Shown here: piece after piece, positions 22,760 to 36,188 of the stretch
How positions within the stretch are numbered: position 1 is the first letter of the stretch
How the letters are laid out: each line of letters begins with the position of its first letter
DNA from: Octopus bimaculoides
Taxonomy: Eukaryota
DNA: 37,661 bases
Assembly (NCBI RefSeq): GCF_001194135.2
Contig: NC_068985.1
Location: forward strand, 127,244,508-127,282,168
Reading direction: 5' to 3'
Made by a program: the position numbers and the translations under genes
The notes under the pieces: model-generated
Seen by the model: the letters and a program-made list of their open reading frames with translations, nothing else
Databases searched by the model: none
What the model was told of the DNA's origin: nothing

Positions 22760-23100
22760 AATATCTTACTCTGTATGTAGATCAAGATCAATTCTGTTTT
22801 ACTCTTTCTTATTGCATTATTCCTCAGCTAAACATGAATTGTACCATTTTGAATTGTTACTGATATGGTTCTGTCCAAGATAGACCATGCAATAATCATG
22901 GACACACATTTTTTCACCAGATGTCCTTCAAGAACAACATACTGTTTTTCTTTGTGAAGAGATTTAAAAATGCTCGTGTGCTCATATAATTTGCTCTTAA
23001 ATGGGTTTTCTATTAAGTTTATGTAAGATAATACCACCATTTTCTTTCAGTTGCTGTGATCTGATACTTGATGCAATTATTTATGCACAGGTTATGTACA
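22760..23100 (-). mobile_element. Penelope-like GIY-YIG endonuclease 3' fragment
   Basis: CINNCIKYQIT...SYINLIENPFKSKLYEHTSIFK...IAWSILDRT, followed by a remnant of the terminal SELI..C.H-type motif. Confidence 0.7.
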
Positions 23101-24225
23101 GAACATAACTTAATGTCTTGGCAATTGTCTTTACTTGCTCTTTGGTTTGTTAGGCATATATTGTATGCATGTATGTAAACCTAAAAAAAAACTTTTTTTG
23201 TTTTGCTTTTTGCCAAATTGCATTTTATCATAGATTTTGCTTTACTTTGAAATAATTTTAAATTGCTGTAATTCTTGAATGCATTATTCACTATACATAA
23301 TTTTTTCACCTAGTAAAATATGTTGCCTAGATATTTAAAGAGAGAGTAGTGTTGTATATGCCGCATGTATTAGAATTTTTGGCATGTTATACAGATTTTA
23401 ACTTTTAATACTTACTCTTAAAATTGCAGGATAAATGGCTTTTAAACATTTTACTGCAGAAATCAGATAAATCCACACCAAAATTCATTACCCTTAACTG
23501 CAGAAAGCCGTTTTATAAACTAACTTTAGTTGAGGAATGTCATGTTTGGTTTGAAAATAGTTTTTTGATGAGACATGTCAAATTTACTGAGGCAACGTGA
23601 CTTGCAGAAAATATCAATTTTTTTTTTTTGGTAGATATTTAACATCATTACTAGGATAACCATGAAATTTAATTTTTCAGTTAAAGGGTTAACACTGTTT
23701 TTTTTTCAAATAATTTGTGAAGTTTGCTAGTGTTTGTCTATTAAGGTGGTGAGTTGCTTTGCTATACAGCATTCAGCTTAAACAACTGATTTTTATGAAT
23801 TCTTTTCATAAATTTTAAAATTCAATATTGATACGCAGCATATGTGTGAGGGAACTAAAAGTTCATACCTGATAGAAATCAAACCACCTTTCTAGCACAC
23901 TGATATCATTCAACAGTCATAACACTTCTTTGCATCTTCATCACTATGATCAGATTAGTATTAGATACCCAGGACAGTCACATGCCTTTGATGTTATTTA
24001 TTTTGTTGTTGTTGTTGTTGTTTAACCCCAGGTTAGATCTGATCAAATATCCCATTGATCTATCCAGGACCATATGTTTATTTCTGATATATATAAAGCT
24101 ATATTATAAAATCCAATATGTTTGTTTTTTTAAAAAAAACAGAAGGTTGTGATTTACAGGAGAAGGAGAGGGAAAGAAAGAGAAAGATTGAGGAGACAGA
24201 CAGTTGTACACACACATGCATGTGT

Positions 24226-24278
<53 letters not shown>

Positions 24279-24529
24279 CGTGCACACAACACATACAAAA
24301 AGAGAAAATGAAGGAGAGATTCAACTACTATTTCTAGTAGGTTGAGAGACCACATAGAAGCTTCCTCTGTCTCTGTTGTCGTTTACAACTGTAAATTCTT
24401 TATGATCAATGCTGTTTTGTTATTGTATAACACTGAAAGTAAGCAATTCATTAAACTCATTTCAAGTAAAAAATTATTCTTTAACAATCTATATCTTTTA
24501 TCTTTTTTTTTTATCTTTNNNNNNNNNNC

Positions 24530-24885
24530 TTGAACTTTTAGTCGAATGAAGCAAATCCAGTATTTATTTTTTAAACCAGGTGCTTATTCTATCGGTCTCT
24601 TTCGCTGAACCGCTAAGTTATGGGGACGTAAACACACCAACACCAGTTGTCAAGTGGTGGTGGGAGACAAACACAGACACAAACACACACACACGCACAC
24701 ACACACACACACACACATATATGATGGGCTTCTTTCAGTTTCCATCTACCAAATCCACTCACAAGGCTTTGGTTGGCCTGAGGCTATAGCAGAAGACACT
24801 TGCCCAAGGTACTACACAGTGGGACTGAACCCTGAACCATGTGGTTAGGAAACAAGCTTCTTACCACACAACCACACCTGCACCT
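24530..24885 (-). mobile_element. CORE-like tRNA SINE with (TG)n spacer and non-RTE tail
   Basis: Minus strand: tRNA head, TTGGGCAAGTGTCTTCTGCTATAGCC core, (TG)n, then ACGTCCCCATAACTTAGCGGTTCAGCGAAAGAGACCGATAGAATAAG tail. Confidence 0.75.
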
Positions 24886-25139
24886 ATATTCAACAATTAA
24901 ATAAAAATGTTTTATGGAGTAATCCAGGATTCACCTAATATTAATTATATACTACCTCACAGACAACTGAAAAGAGTTGCATGTTTGGTTTAAAATCATT
25001 CATACTACATGAATATCCTGAGTCTACAATTTACTTGATTTTAGATATTATTAATGGATTTAAAAAATTTTTTTTTTTTTTAGCTAACTTCTAATGTTCG
25101 TCATTTAAAGATCTGATTATAGCAGTGTTGTGCCTCAAA

Positions 25140-25470
25140 TCTTTGTTTGGAAGTTACTTTAACTGTACCATACCAAGCAGTGGAAGGTAAGTGTTATTTT
25201 GGTACAGCACAGGGCTGGCTTACACAAAAGTTTTATAACCATTTTTCATCTTCCAATCAGACGAACCAGAGGGAAACCATAGCATTAGTAGATCATAAAT
25301 GGTCTTTGAAAGACCGTAGGATCAAGTATAATATCAAATGGAGAATGTTCAAGAAGCCAAAAGAAAATGCTGAGGGTGCAAATTTTAAATAACCTTAAAG
25401 ATTCTAATACCTGTCTCAAATCCAAAAGTGAAATTTTTATAAGATGCCTTCACAGGAGTAATACATGCTA
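25140..25470 (+). mobile_element. Penelope-like GIY-YIG endonuclease 3' fragment
   Basis: KCYFGTAQGWLTQKFYNHFSS...LVDHKWSLKDRRIKYNIKWRMFKK...KSEIFIRCLHR. Confidence 0.7.
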
Positions 25471-26059
25471 GTCAAGTGAAAAGCTTAGCCTTTGGATTGA
25501 AAACTACTTTCAGGAACAATTTTGCTGTATCAGACACCTTTCCATAGATTCCTTCTTTCTTTCTTCACTTGCCCTTTCTTTCTCTTTCTCTCTCTCTTTT
25601 TTTTTTTTGCCCTAAATATATTGCCTACTTTTCCTCAATATTTTTCTTCTTTTTCTTCGTTTCTCTTCTATTTTATTTTTAACACTTTGAGTCCCTTCAT
25701 TTTCTGCCCTACAATGTCATTCTGAAAATAGACAGCCCCATCTTTTGAAATGTCAAAGCTATGTGGTAATGCTTGATTAATTCAAAACAACAGGAATATG
25801 TTGCTGGTTGCATGTCACTTGTGTTGGGCTGATTAATGAAGATATATATTGTTGGCTGCATGAGTGATAACCAAAAAGGGCTCACAAACATTTAACTGAA
25901 TATTCATTGCCAGACATAAAGATATTGATGTTGGTTATTTACAATGGACATAAATATTTGCTGACTGAGAGAGAGAGAAAAACTGTGTCGTGTCATTAGA
26001 AGTCACTTATGCGACATTATGTGAATGTTTGATTTGCTGTCTGAGAACCTAGAGTTAAT

Positions 26060-26320
26060 CATCATCATCATCATCATCATCATTTAAGATCCGTTTTCCA
26101 TGCTGGCATGGGTTGGACTGTTTGACAGGAGCTGGCCAACTGACAGGCTGCCAAGTTTCCATGTCTGTTTCGGCATGGTTTTAATGGCTGGATGCCCTTC
26201 CTAATGCCAACCATTTTACAGAGTGTATTGGGTGTACTTACACAGCACTGGCACAGGTGTGTTTAGATGACACTGGTACATGTGCTTTTTACGTGGCACC
26301 AGCACTCACGAATATGCAAG
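26060..26320 (-). mobile_element. Older RTE-type 3' end
   Basis: (CAT)n followed by CCGTTTTCCATGCTGGCATGGGTTGG...GATGCCCTTCCTAATGCCAACC. Similar older minus-strand copies at about 10020-10270, 28820-29030 and 33030-33300. Confidence 0.75.
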
Positions 26321-27044
26321 GTTAGGAGGGGAATGTGGAGGACAGCCTGTATGCAAGGACAACCACACTCTTACTTAGCTTGACATGTCTTTTCAAGTAC
26401 AGCAAACCATCAGGAATTTCAGTCCCCTGTTGTCCTCTCTGTGAGTCTCAACATCCATATATCCTTTCTCTTCACTTCGTCCCACAAGTTGTCTGCGTAA
26501 ATGTCTATAATGGTCAGCATGGCAACAATGGAGGTGCATAGCACTCAATTGCCCTCGATACTCTGCAATTAATTGATCACCAAAAAAGTCTTTTAGAGGG
26601 CACAAAAAGAACATTAAAAAAGAAATGTATTGGTTGATTAATAGGCAGATCACATGACACTGGTGGTTTGCGCATGGTGTCTGACCAATTATCTAGTGGG
26701 TGGGGCTTCAACTCACCACTACAAGTAGTCTCCTCTTTACATGAAAATAAAAAGAACAAAACAACAAAACAGAGAATTTACATAAAAATTAACCAACACA
26801 AGTGCTAAAAAGAACAAGAAAAGGAAAAAATAAACATGCATTTAGTACTGAGTAACTGCTAAAAGAATGAAGAATGTCTACACAACAATGATAAGTTTGA
26901 AAAATATGCAAATTTCTGCAGTTCCCTTTCTGTCTTCTTTTTTTTTTTTGTTTTTTGAGCTGCAAAAAGTAAACATTTTTTTCTGTGTGAGACTGAATGT
27001 ATCCAGAATACAAAGTACTGATATGAAAAATGGACAGTGCTTCT

Positions 27045-27235
27045 ACTGCAGAAATTTGCAACTTTCTTGACATAAGGCATATCTACAGTAAGCTGTGAAA
27101 AATAATTGAGGTGTTCGATGTCTCTTGGGTAGCATGTTGGATAATAATGCATAGGTATTGTTTGAAAATCGGCATACATCGTGAAAGTTCTTCCTTCCAA
27201 GGAATGGTGTGAGTGCTTTACTAACCAAGACACTG
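27045..27235 (-). mobile_element. Ty3/gypsy pol RNase H relic
   Basis: VKHSHHSLEGRTFTMYADFQT...YPRDIEHLNYFSQLTVDMPYVKK matches the gypsy pattern KHFRHMLEGR.F.IYTDHKPL...R.LDYISQFT.DIRYVKG. Confidence 0.75.
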
Positions 27236-27316
27236 TTAATTTCCTGCATTTATTTCATATCTTTAATCATTTACCTGTTTCAGTTTTTAGACTGTGGCCA
27301 TGCTGGGGCACTGCCT

Positions 27317-28145
27317 TGGACCATAACTGCTGAAGACATGCGTAGGTTCGAAAGAAATGAAGCTAACATGATTCACTGGATGTGTAATGTCAATGTGTAC
27401 ACATGACAGAGTGTAAGCGCCCTGAGAGGAATTTTGGACAGAAGAAGCATCAGATGTGGCGTCAAGAGAGATGTTTCTGTTGGTATGGTAATGTACTAAG
27501 GATGGACGAGGAGAGCTGTGTGAAGAAGTGCCACTCCCAAACAGTGGAAGGAATCCGGGTTAGAGGGAGACTCAGGAAGACATGGGATGAGGTGGTGAAG
27601 CATGACCTTCGAACGTTGGGCCTCACAGAGGCAATGATGAAAGACTGAGACCTCTGGAGATATGCTGTGACTGAGAAGATCTGGCGAATAAAGTGAGTTC
27701 ACGGCTGTGTCCTACACCAGTTTCACATAACCAGCCCCAGCCCATTCAAAGTACCTTGGATCGTAGGGCAACGTGCTGTGCTTGAGGAGACCTATTGAAT
27801 CAATTACATCAAAATCANNNNNNNNNNGCTGTGCTTGAGGAGACCTATTGAATCAATTACATCAAAATCAAATCAAATCACAATCAAATGGAAATTGTAG
27901 TTGTGATCCCCATGCTGGTAGCATGTAAAAAGCACCAACTATATTCTTGGAGTGGTTGGTGTTAGGAAGGGCATCCAGCTGTAGAAACACTGCCAGATCA
28001 GACTGGAGCCTGGTGCAGCCTCCTGGCTTCCCANNNNNNNNNNACTGGAGCCTGGTGCAGCCTCCTGGCTTCCCAGACCCCAGTGGAACCGTCCAACCCA
28101 TGCCAGCTTGGAAAACGGACGTTAAATGATGAGGATGATGATGAT
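27317..28145 (+). mobile_element. 5'-truncated RTE-clade LINE (ORF2 C-terminus + 3' UTR)
   Basis: WTITAEDMRRFERNEANMIHWMC...WYGNVLRMDEESCVKKC...RGRLRKTWDEVVKHDL...LWRYAV, then a 3' UTR with (GAT)n tail. Confidence 0.9.
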
Positions 28146-28172
28146 ATATACACACACAAATATATATATATA

Positions 28173-28206
<34 letters not shown>

Positions 28207-29398
28207 GATAGATAAATAGATATAGATATTCATATATATCGATAAATAGATAGATAGATGTATAGATATATGTATGTACATATATATCTATATACATATA
28301 ATATATATGTGTGTGTGTTTATATGTATATAAGAATCCACGCATTCTTGAAGAATGGTGTGGATGACTCTGATGAGAACTCAATAAGGTTGTTCATTGTC
28401 TTTTCAGTCTGCAGAGAAATGGCTGAAATTTGCTCTGTTTATAATTATGCCATATGTTACATATTTATTATATCATACCTTGATACTGTGTGGAATAAAA
28501 TCCCCATTGACAGGCTGGTATTTATAGTGTTAAACACTTTTGGTATGCAAATTAGGGACTCCTTCATAGAGTAACTGCTGCATTTGTTGAGTATATAAGC
28601 AGTTTGGCTGCTTGTTTCTCTGGAGACTGTCAGAATGGTGTGGATGCCTTTGATGGAAACCAAATAGTTGTTCAGTGTCTTTTTTCAGTCTACAGAGAAA
28701 TGGCTAAAATTTCCCATTTATAATTATACCATATATTATATATGTATGTAATGTGTTATATATATATGTTTTATATGTTATATATGTATGTAATGTGTTA
28801 TATATATGTTATATATATATATACATCATCATCCTTTAATATACATTTTCCATGCTGGCATGGGTTGGATGGTTTGACCAGAGCTGGGAAGCTGCAACAG
28901 GTTCCAGTCTGATCTGGCTTGGTTTCTACAGCTGAATGCTCTTCCTAACACCAACCACTTTACCACTTCACAGATGCTTTTAACATGTCACCAGCTCAAG
29001 TGCTTTTATGTGGCACCAGCACACACTCTTGCAGGCCAAATCTCTTCACCAGGAGATGCAGTCTTAACCATAATATCTATAGTTTTGTTTCGTGGAGGTG
29101 GTGCTATGCATTTACAAAGTTTTTTCTCAGTACAAGCATGTCATCTTATGTGCACACACACACACACCACACACACACACACACACACCACACACACACA
29201 CACACACACATATACACATACACATACACAAACACACATGTATTCACATAAATATGTATTAAGTATTCACACATATTCACTTGCAAATATTCACTTGCAA
29301 AATATCACAAATATCACTTGCATCACAAATATTCACTTGCAAAAACACATTTAGAAATAGACACTCTCAAGTCGAGAATCACACACAAAAACACATTT

Positions 29399-29636
29399 AA
29401 GGCGGCGATCTGGCAGAAACGTTAGCACATCGGACGAAATGCTTAGCGGTGTTTCCTCTGCCGCTACATTCTGAGTTCAAATTCCGCCGAGGTTGACTTT
29501 GCCTTTCATCCTTTTGGGGGGGTCGATAAATTAAGTACCAGTTTCACACTGGGGTCAATGTAATCGACTTAATTCCTTTGTCTGTCTTTGTTTGTCCCCT
29601 CTATGTTTAGCCCCTTGTGGGCAATAAAGAAATAAG
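29399..29636 (+). mobile_element. Full-length Meta-like SINE, type A tail, with 11-bp TSD
   Basis: AACACATTTAA at 29390-29400 and 29637-29647; tail TTTAGCCCCTTGTGGGCAATAAAGAAAT. Confidence 0.85.
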
Positions 29637-30284
29637 AACACATTTAAAATTAACACACACATACATATATGTACATGCATGCATGCAAGAACACATACTT
29701 CCAAATATTTTTTAAATTGTGTATTCCCATAGACATGGTCTAGTAGCTAGGGCATTGCACTCATGATCATAAGATTATGGTTTCAATTCCTGGACTGGGC
29801 AGTGCATTGTGTTCTTGAGCAAAAAAGACTTCATTTCATGTTGCTCCAGTCCACTGAGCCATAAATAAGTAGCCCTGTGATCATGGTCACTCAATGTCAT
29901 GGATATTGGATGACCAGTGCCATGACTCTGAAGACATGAGACAGTAATGCCAGTATTCCAAATTATTTCCAATCACAGAATTAAAAGTTGTATATTCCCA
30001 ATTAAGTACACACATACTCCTACATTAAGAGACATTCTTATACATAGCACTGAATGCTCATACATATACATACACACACAAGCACTTCGTATATATATAT
30101 ATATATACATAGATAAGCATCCATAGATGCAATGTCAGAAAAAGACAGATGCAATCATGCATGAAGGACACATATACACATTAACACCACACATTCACAC
30201 ACTGATATACATAAGTATACACGCATATGCATACGCATGCATTTATGTGTATGTATATGAACTGGAGAGTGTATGTGTATGTGC

Positions 30285-30341
<57 letters not shown>

Positions 30342-33300
30342 CTTATATCTGAATCTGTGCTTAAGTGAAGGTGTATGTATATACTTTGGAATTTAGGTCT
30401 GTATACACACACATGCATGCGTGCATACAAGCTTACACACGCATACATATAACATACACACACACATAAAACACACGCACATTCATACATACACACATGC
30501 ATAAATTACCCACACTCACACACACAGCATTTGATTTAATCAACTGTTCTTTCATCTTAATCATCTTTTTCTTTTTCTTTTTTTGTCATTTCTATATATT
30601 GTTAAAGGTGGGATGGTTCTGTAATTTGTCGCAGTTGGTTGTCTTGTTTCTGCTTACATGGCTTAACATGCACTCAAATGTACAGACACACATATCCATA
30701 CACACATGCTGAGTGGGTAGATTAGTGGGTAAAATTGTTTTCAGTGTTTTGTTACATCATTTTTAACATTTTGAGTTCAGATCCTGTCCACAACTGACTC
30801 TACCTTTCATCCATTTGGAGTGGATAAAATAGGTACCAGTCATGTACAGCATTTGATTTAATCAACTGTTCTCTCTCACAAAATTTCATACTTTGAGTGT
30901 ATGTTTGGAATCATTATTTAGTCAGAAGAAGAAGAACAGTACCCATAAATTTAAGAGACCTGTCTAGAATAGCACAATCAATATCCTTCCCTGTTATCAT
31001 AAAATTTTGTTGTTTGATGCTTGTAGGGAAAATGTGAAAAGTAAGTAAATTCTATAAAACTGCAGTTCTGAGTGGAAAGAATAGGGGAATTGTACAGTAC
31101 TGAGTTTGTGACTTAAGACAAAATAGGAATGATGAGTTGAAGGAAAGCCTGGTACATCAGGAAATTTTGATTGAAAGTGATAGACTGCTTGCTGGTTTAG
31201 AGGAATTGGAGCTGCTACAGTATCAATCAAGTGAGGAAAATTAATCTCTGAATTAGTGATTACATCATTTGTATCTTGAATCTTTACCACACTGCTGAAT
31301 GGTATTTTTAGAAATACAATCTAGGATGCTTGTGTGTGTAGCTGCAATGCTTTAGATATGTAAGCAATTTTCTGTGGGCTACAACTGAACTGTGAAGAGG
31401 AACTTCAACTAATCCAGATTGAAATATTTTCTATGTAGAAGAAATGAGGGCTTTTTTGTTTTTTGTTGCTTTGGCATGCTGTTTTGACAGTGTTATGTGT
31501 GTGTGTGATCCTGTAGAAGACCATCAAAGAGTTTTAGTTATGAGTAGAAGAATGTAGCATTGTACAATTATCAAGTGTTTCAGGAAACCAGATCATTATG
31601 CTCTGATTGGAAGAGACTATTTTTGCAGTCTGAGGAATCTGGCATGAGAATCTGTGTTGTAAGTGGAATATTAAAGAAGATTAGATAGAAGTGTTATTTG
31701 TAATAGAGTGTGTATTGTTGGGACTGACAGCAGTAGTGTCATTCATATACAAAAGGAAGAGTGTGATAAAATGTTGATAAAATGTATGCATGTATATGTG
31801 TGCAATCACAAGTGCGTATGAATATTTACATAATATACAAACACATACACACACATACACACTTGTATATGATAATAGTTTTTCAGTATAGCTGCAGCCC
31901 ATTTGTACATAGTTTTATTCAAAATGTATGATCTAACAACATACATAAACTGTTTCAATGTTCTTACTACATATCATCAGAAGTAAGAAATAACTAAACA
32001 TCAAAAATAAACAGCATATTTATAGAAGACAAAATTATAAATGCTAACAAAGCAATATCACACATAGAATATATAGCAAATAGAAAATACTGAAAGAAAA
32101 TTTCTGATGGTTAAAATACAGTCGACAACTCTAATATCTGCCTCAATTGTTATGATGCTGACTAATGGATTCTGAAGATGATAAAAGTCACATCCCCACC
32201 AAAAGACAAAAAAAAAAAAGGAAATATCAGTTTCAATAAATTTGATTGATGGATGGGGAGAAAGAAATTCAAAAAGATTATAATATAATGGAATATATTG
32301 AAGAAGTTATAATTGAAGAGATGCTTATAACACACATATTTATCTTAGTTTGTGTTCAATGCTTGAAAATGAGGTATGTGCTGCTATTTTGGTCAACTAA
32401 ACTAAAACAAGCAAACTACTGTTTACATCAAATTAAATAACTATAAAAGCTTGTCAGTAAAATTATTAGAAACAAGTATTCATTATGTCAGCAATCGAGC
32501 ATTAATAATTGTGTCAATTAGCTTAATCAATGATGGTTGTTAGTATCTAACACTGAAAATAATTGCTGAAATTAACTATAGGCTTCAACTGATGTGGAAA
32601 TATGTAATTATTATAACAGCTATGAGAGTAATAGATTAGGAAGGTTGTTAGAACATCAGTAAAAATGCTTAACAGTTTTTATTCTGGCCTGAGTTCAAAT
32701 GCCATCAAAGTTAACTTTACCATTTATCCTTTCAAGGTCGATAACTAAAGAACCAGTCAAATATTATAATCGATTTAATTGATTAAAAGATTCCCCACCC
32801 CACCTCACCAAACTAATTGTAACTACAATATATTTCACAGAGAAACATATTTTTAAAATCAATTAATAATTACTAATCTCATGCTATCTGTTAATCAAAA
32901 TGGTCCTCATAATATGCTTTTAGTGAAAATGTATGATAATTTGAAAATTGAAAATGAAAATATTAAAAATCATATTTCTTTCAAAGCTGACAAACTATAT
33001 TGATAGCAACCAAATCATCATTTTGTTGTCATTGTCATCACCATCACCACCACCATAAGTGTTGACACTGTCATTTTGATATATACAGCCACTTTCCATG
33101 GGTTGGAGGGAGTTCAATGAGGCAGATTTTCTGTAGTTGAATGTTCTTCCAGTCACCAACTTGCCCCTATTTCCAAGCAAGGTAATATTTGACCATGGTC
33201 AGACACGCTTTTGTGGAAGACTGTAAACAAATGACACCGCTTGTATGACAGTAACACAAGTTTTACAATTATTATCTGATTTCGAAGCAAGGAGACCTTC

Positions 33301-33528
33301 TGCAACATATATGTATGTACATGCATACATATATAAATATACATATACAAGCATACACATAAACATACATACATGCATGAATTCATACATCCAAATATAT
33401 ATACGTGCATGATGAATAACTTGTGATAAAAAAAAAATATGTGCCAAGCACAGTTGGAAAATATCACAGAAACTTGTGACAGTAAGGCTTGATTATAATA
33501 AAACATTTAACTCTATCCCCATTCATAG

Positions 33529-33591
33529 ATACTGAAGTTTCTGCACTAAGCCACCATAGTCACTGTCATCGAAAGTCTCGCAAAGACCTGG
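33529..33591 (+). CDS. Candidate 63-nt coding exon of an unidentified host gene
   Basis: TTAAC branch-like site, CTCTATCCCCATTCATAG acceptor and G|GTAACA donor. Open phase 1-1 frame (D)TEVSALSHHSHCHRKSRKDL(G); non-repetitive and retains CpG. No homolog recognised. Confidence 0.3.
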
Positions 33592-33714
33592 GTAACAATT
33601 CTCACTCACGATTGGGAGCAGAATGATCATATCTAACGTTATAAAACTTTCAAGGGGAAAACTCCTGGTAGATTGTCTCTCTCTCTCTGCATTTCTGTGT
33701 CAAAATGTAAAGAT

Positions 33715-34025
33715 CCCCTTCAGTCATGAATGACCATGGGATTGCACTTTGAAAATTCTCCTCCAAGGCACAAGTCCAGGCAAGGTTGTTTATGGAAGGT
33801 CAGTAGTCACCCATGCGTACCAGTCTCCTCTCTCCACACCACTGATGTTATCCAAAGGAAAGGCAAAGGGGCCGATACAGCTTGGCACCAGTGACGTCAC
33901 AACTCATTTCTACAGCTGAGAGAACTGGAGCAACGTGAAATAAAGTGTCTTGCTCAAGAACACAACATGCAGCCCGGTCCGGGAATCAAACTCACTACCT
34001 CATGATTGTGAGTCCAATGCTCTAA
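33715..34025 (-). mobile_element. tRNA-derived SINE (third family; related heads at 29730-29880)
   Basis: Minus strand GCATGGTTCAGCAGTTAGAGCATTGGACTCACAATCATGAGGTAGTGAGTTTGATTCCCGG is tRNA-like, followed by TTCTTGAGCAAGACAC...GTTGCTCCAG. Confidence 0.75.
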
Positions 34026-34159
34026 CTGCTGAACCATGCACTTTCATGAGCATTTCTGTTTATTTTGGCATTAAATTTTTTATAATTTCTTTCACAAAAT
34101 ACCTATGGTTACATACTATGGTTTGAAATTGCTAGAGATTCTGATGTAATCCATAATTT

Positions 34160-34760
34160 TTTTGTGGATGACCTGAAGATCTATGCTAAAAATGTTTACA
34201 GTGCCAAAAACAGCTGGAATTAAGAACATTTTCAGCTAGCACAGGAATGGAATTTGGCCAAAAGAAGTGTTTGTATTTGATTGTTGAATATGAAAATAAG
34301 TCTCCCAAACTTAGAACTTGTGCATCAATGGCCTCTCTATCTCTCCTGTTCCACACAAAGAATGCTGCAAATGCCTAAACATTGACAAAGATATGTAATA
34401 TGAAGGTGTCATGAAGAAAGGTGGAGTGACCTGAGAGTATTACACTAGACTTAGCAAAATATGACAGTTGAACCTCTGCTTTTACAAGATAATATCCCAA
34501 AATATATTTGCAGTACCAGTTCTGTTGCCAGCATTTAGGATACTTGACTGGTCTTTAGAAGAAATCTCTTCTATAGACATTAAAACCTGTAAGACGCAAA
34601 CATCTGGTGAAAAGTTCCATTAAGATATCAACAGATTCTACCTAAGAAGAGATAAAGCAGATATAGGCCAGAGATCAGTGTAGGCTGTCTTTGAATATCA
34701 TATAGTATCTATCAGAGAGCATCTGCTAAACCACAGCAGTAAAAAAAAAAATATAAATCT
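34160..34760 (+). mobile_element. Decayed R4/Dong-clade RT fragment
   Basis: FVDDLKIYAKN...GMEFGQKKC...EYYTRLSKI...FAVPVLLPAFRILDWSLEEISSIDIKT...DINRFYLRR. Confidence 0.8.
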
Positions 34761-34984
34761 AGTACTGAAAAGTGGAAGTGAGCAACATCCTATGTGTCAG
34801 CAGTGAGTTCTTCAGGAAGAATTCTCTTCATAATGACGACCTTCCATACGACAGCAAAGCAGTTGAGCTAACATGCCTCAAAGAAGACCCTGATGTGAAA
34901 TGCTCAACATACCAAAAACAAACAAAAAAAGCTGTACACAGTTGTTTGCCAAACACTTGAAGATGATATCAATATTGACATGAA

Positions 34985-35184
34985 CTGGCTGAGTCGTTAG
35001 CATGCCAGGTAAAATGCTTAGCATTATTTCATCCATCTTTATGGTCTGAGTTCAAATACTGCCAAGGTTGTCTTTGTCTTTCATCCTTCTAGGTTCAATA
35101 AAGTAAGTACCAGTTGAATACTGGGGTCAAAGTAATCGACTTACCCCTTTCCCCATACATGCAGCCCTTGTGCCAAAATTTGAA
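34985..35184 (+). mobile_element. 5'-truncated Meta-like SINE (type B tail) with perfect 17-bp TSD
   Basis: ATCAATATTGACATGAA at 34968-34984 and 35185-35201. Confidence 0.85.
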
Positions 35185-35539
35185 ATCAATATTGACATGA
35201 AGTCTTTCTTCAATTCACAATCACTACATCACATCACATTTGAAAGGCTATGCAGGAGATTACAACAAAATACTTACTAAACAAAAGTGACAATAAAACC
35301 ATTGGAACCCTAATATGTAACTGAAATAATAGAAGAGACATGCAAACATGCATACACACTACACATACACACACACACATTCATACATCCATACATACAC
35401 ACACACCCAGACCACATACATACACACATGCATAGACATACACACATACATACATACATACATATATATATATATACACACACACACATACACATACATT
35501 TATTCACATATACATAAAAAATGAATTACTTTCAGTTTT

Positions 35540-36180
35540 GTCTATCAAATCCGCTCACTTTCAATGGTCTGAAACTACAGCAGAAGACACTTGCCCTAAG
35601 TGCAATGGAACTGAACCTGAAACCACATGGTTGTGAAGCAAACTTCTTAGCCACACAGCAAAGCCATACCTGTGCCTATATTTATAGGCATTTACATTAA
35701 ACTTAAGCCTAGATATTTTTATTAAACTCACTTGGAAATAAATACATTGTTTTACAGAGTAAACAAGTATTGATGGTGTTTTAGTATTCATTAGAATCAA
35801 ACTAGACAATGTTTTAAAAAAAAAGAATATAAAAAGTCTGAATTAGTTACTACAATTAAGTCAATTAGGGATTGTTTGTACGGTTATCTGATAGAAAAGT
35901 ATAATTAATGTAATTATTTCAAGTTATCAATGTTGAATATAGTTATTAGTCTGTCTCATTCTTAATGAAATAGAATCTAATCAATCTCTCTATCTGTCTG
36001 TCTGTGTGTGTATATATATATACCCCCAGACATGACTGTGTGGTAAGAAGCTTGCTTCCCAACCACATGGTTCCAGTTTCAGTCCCATTGCATGGCATCT
36101 TGGGCTTCTACTATAGCCTCAGGTTTACCAAAGCCTCGTGACTGAATTTAGTTGGCAGAAACTGAAAGAAGCCTGTCATA
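35540..36180. mobile_element. Two CORE-like SINE heads (35540-35680 minus; 36027-36180 plus)
   Basis: Both carry the GGTTAAGAAGTTTGCTT / GGTAAGAAGCTTGCTT head and the CTACTATAGCC / GGCAAGTGTCTTCT core. Confidence 0.7.
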
Positions 36181-36188
36181 TATATATA

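Noticed and set aside
23051-23092. Possible 40-nt + strand exon (TTTCTTTCAG...CAG|GTTATG)
   Set aside because: It overlaps the antisense strand of the PLE GIY-YIG relic, which explains the sequence.
27775-28075. Short exact duplications flanking 10-N gaps (27775-27870 and 28002-28075)
   Set aside because: Identical sequence on both sides of minimal gaps is a typical unmerged contig overlap.
30997-31290. 97-aa minus-strand ORF as a possible gypsy protease/RT linker or host exon
   Set aside because: No recognisable motif or convincing splice sites; I cannot support a call.
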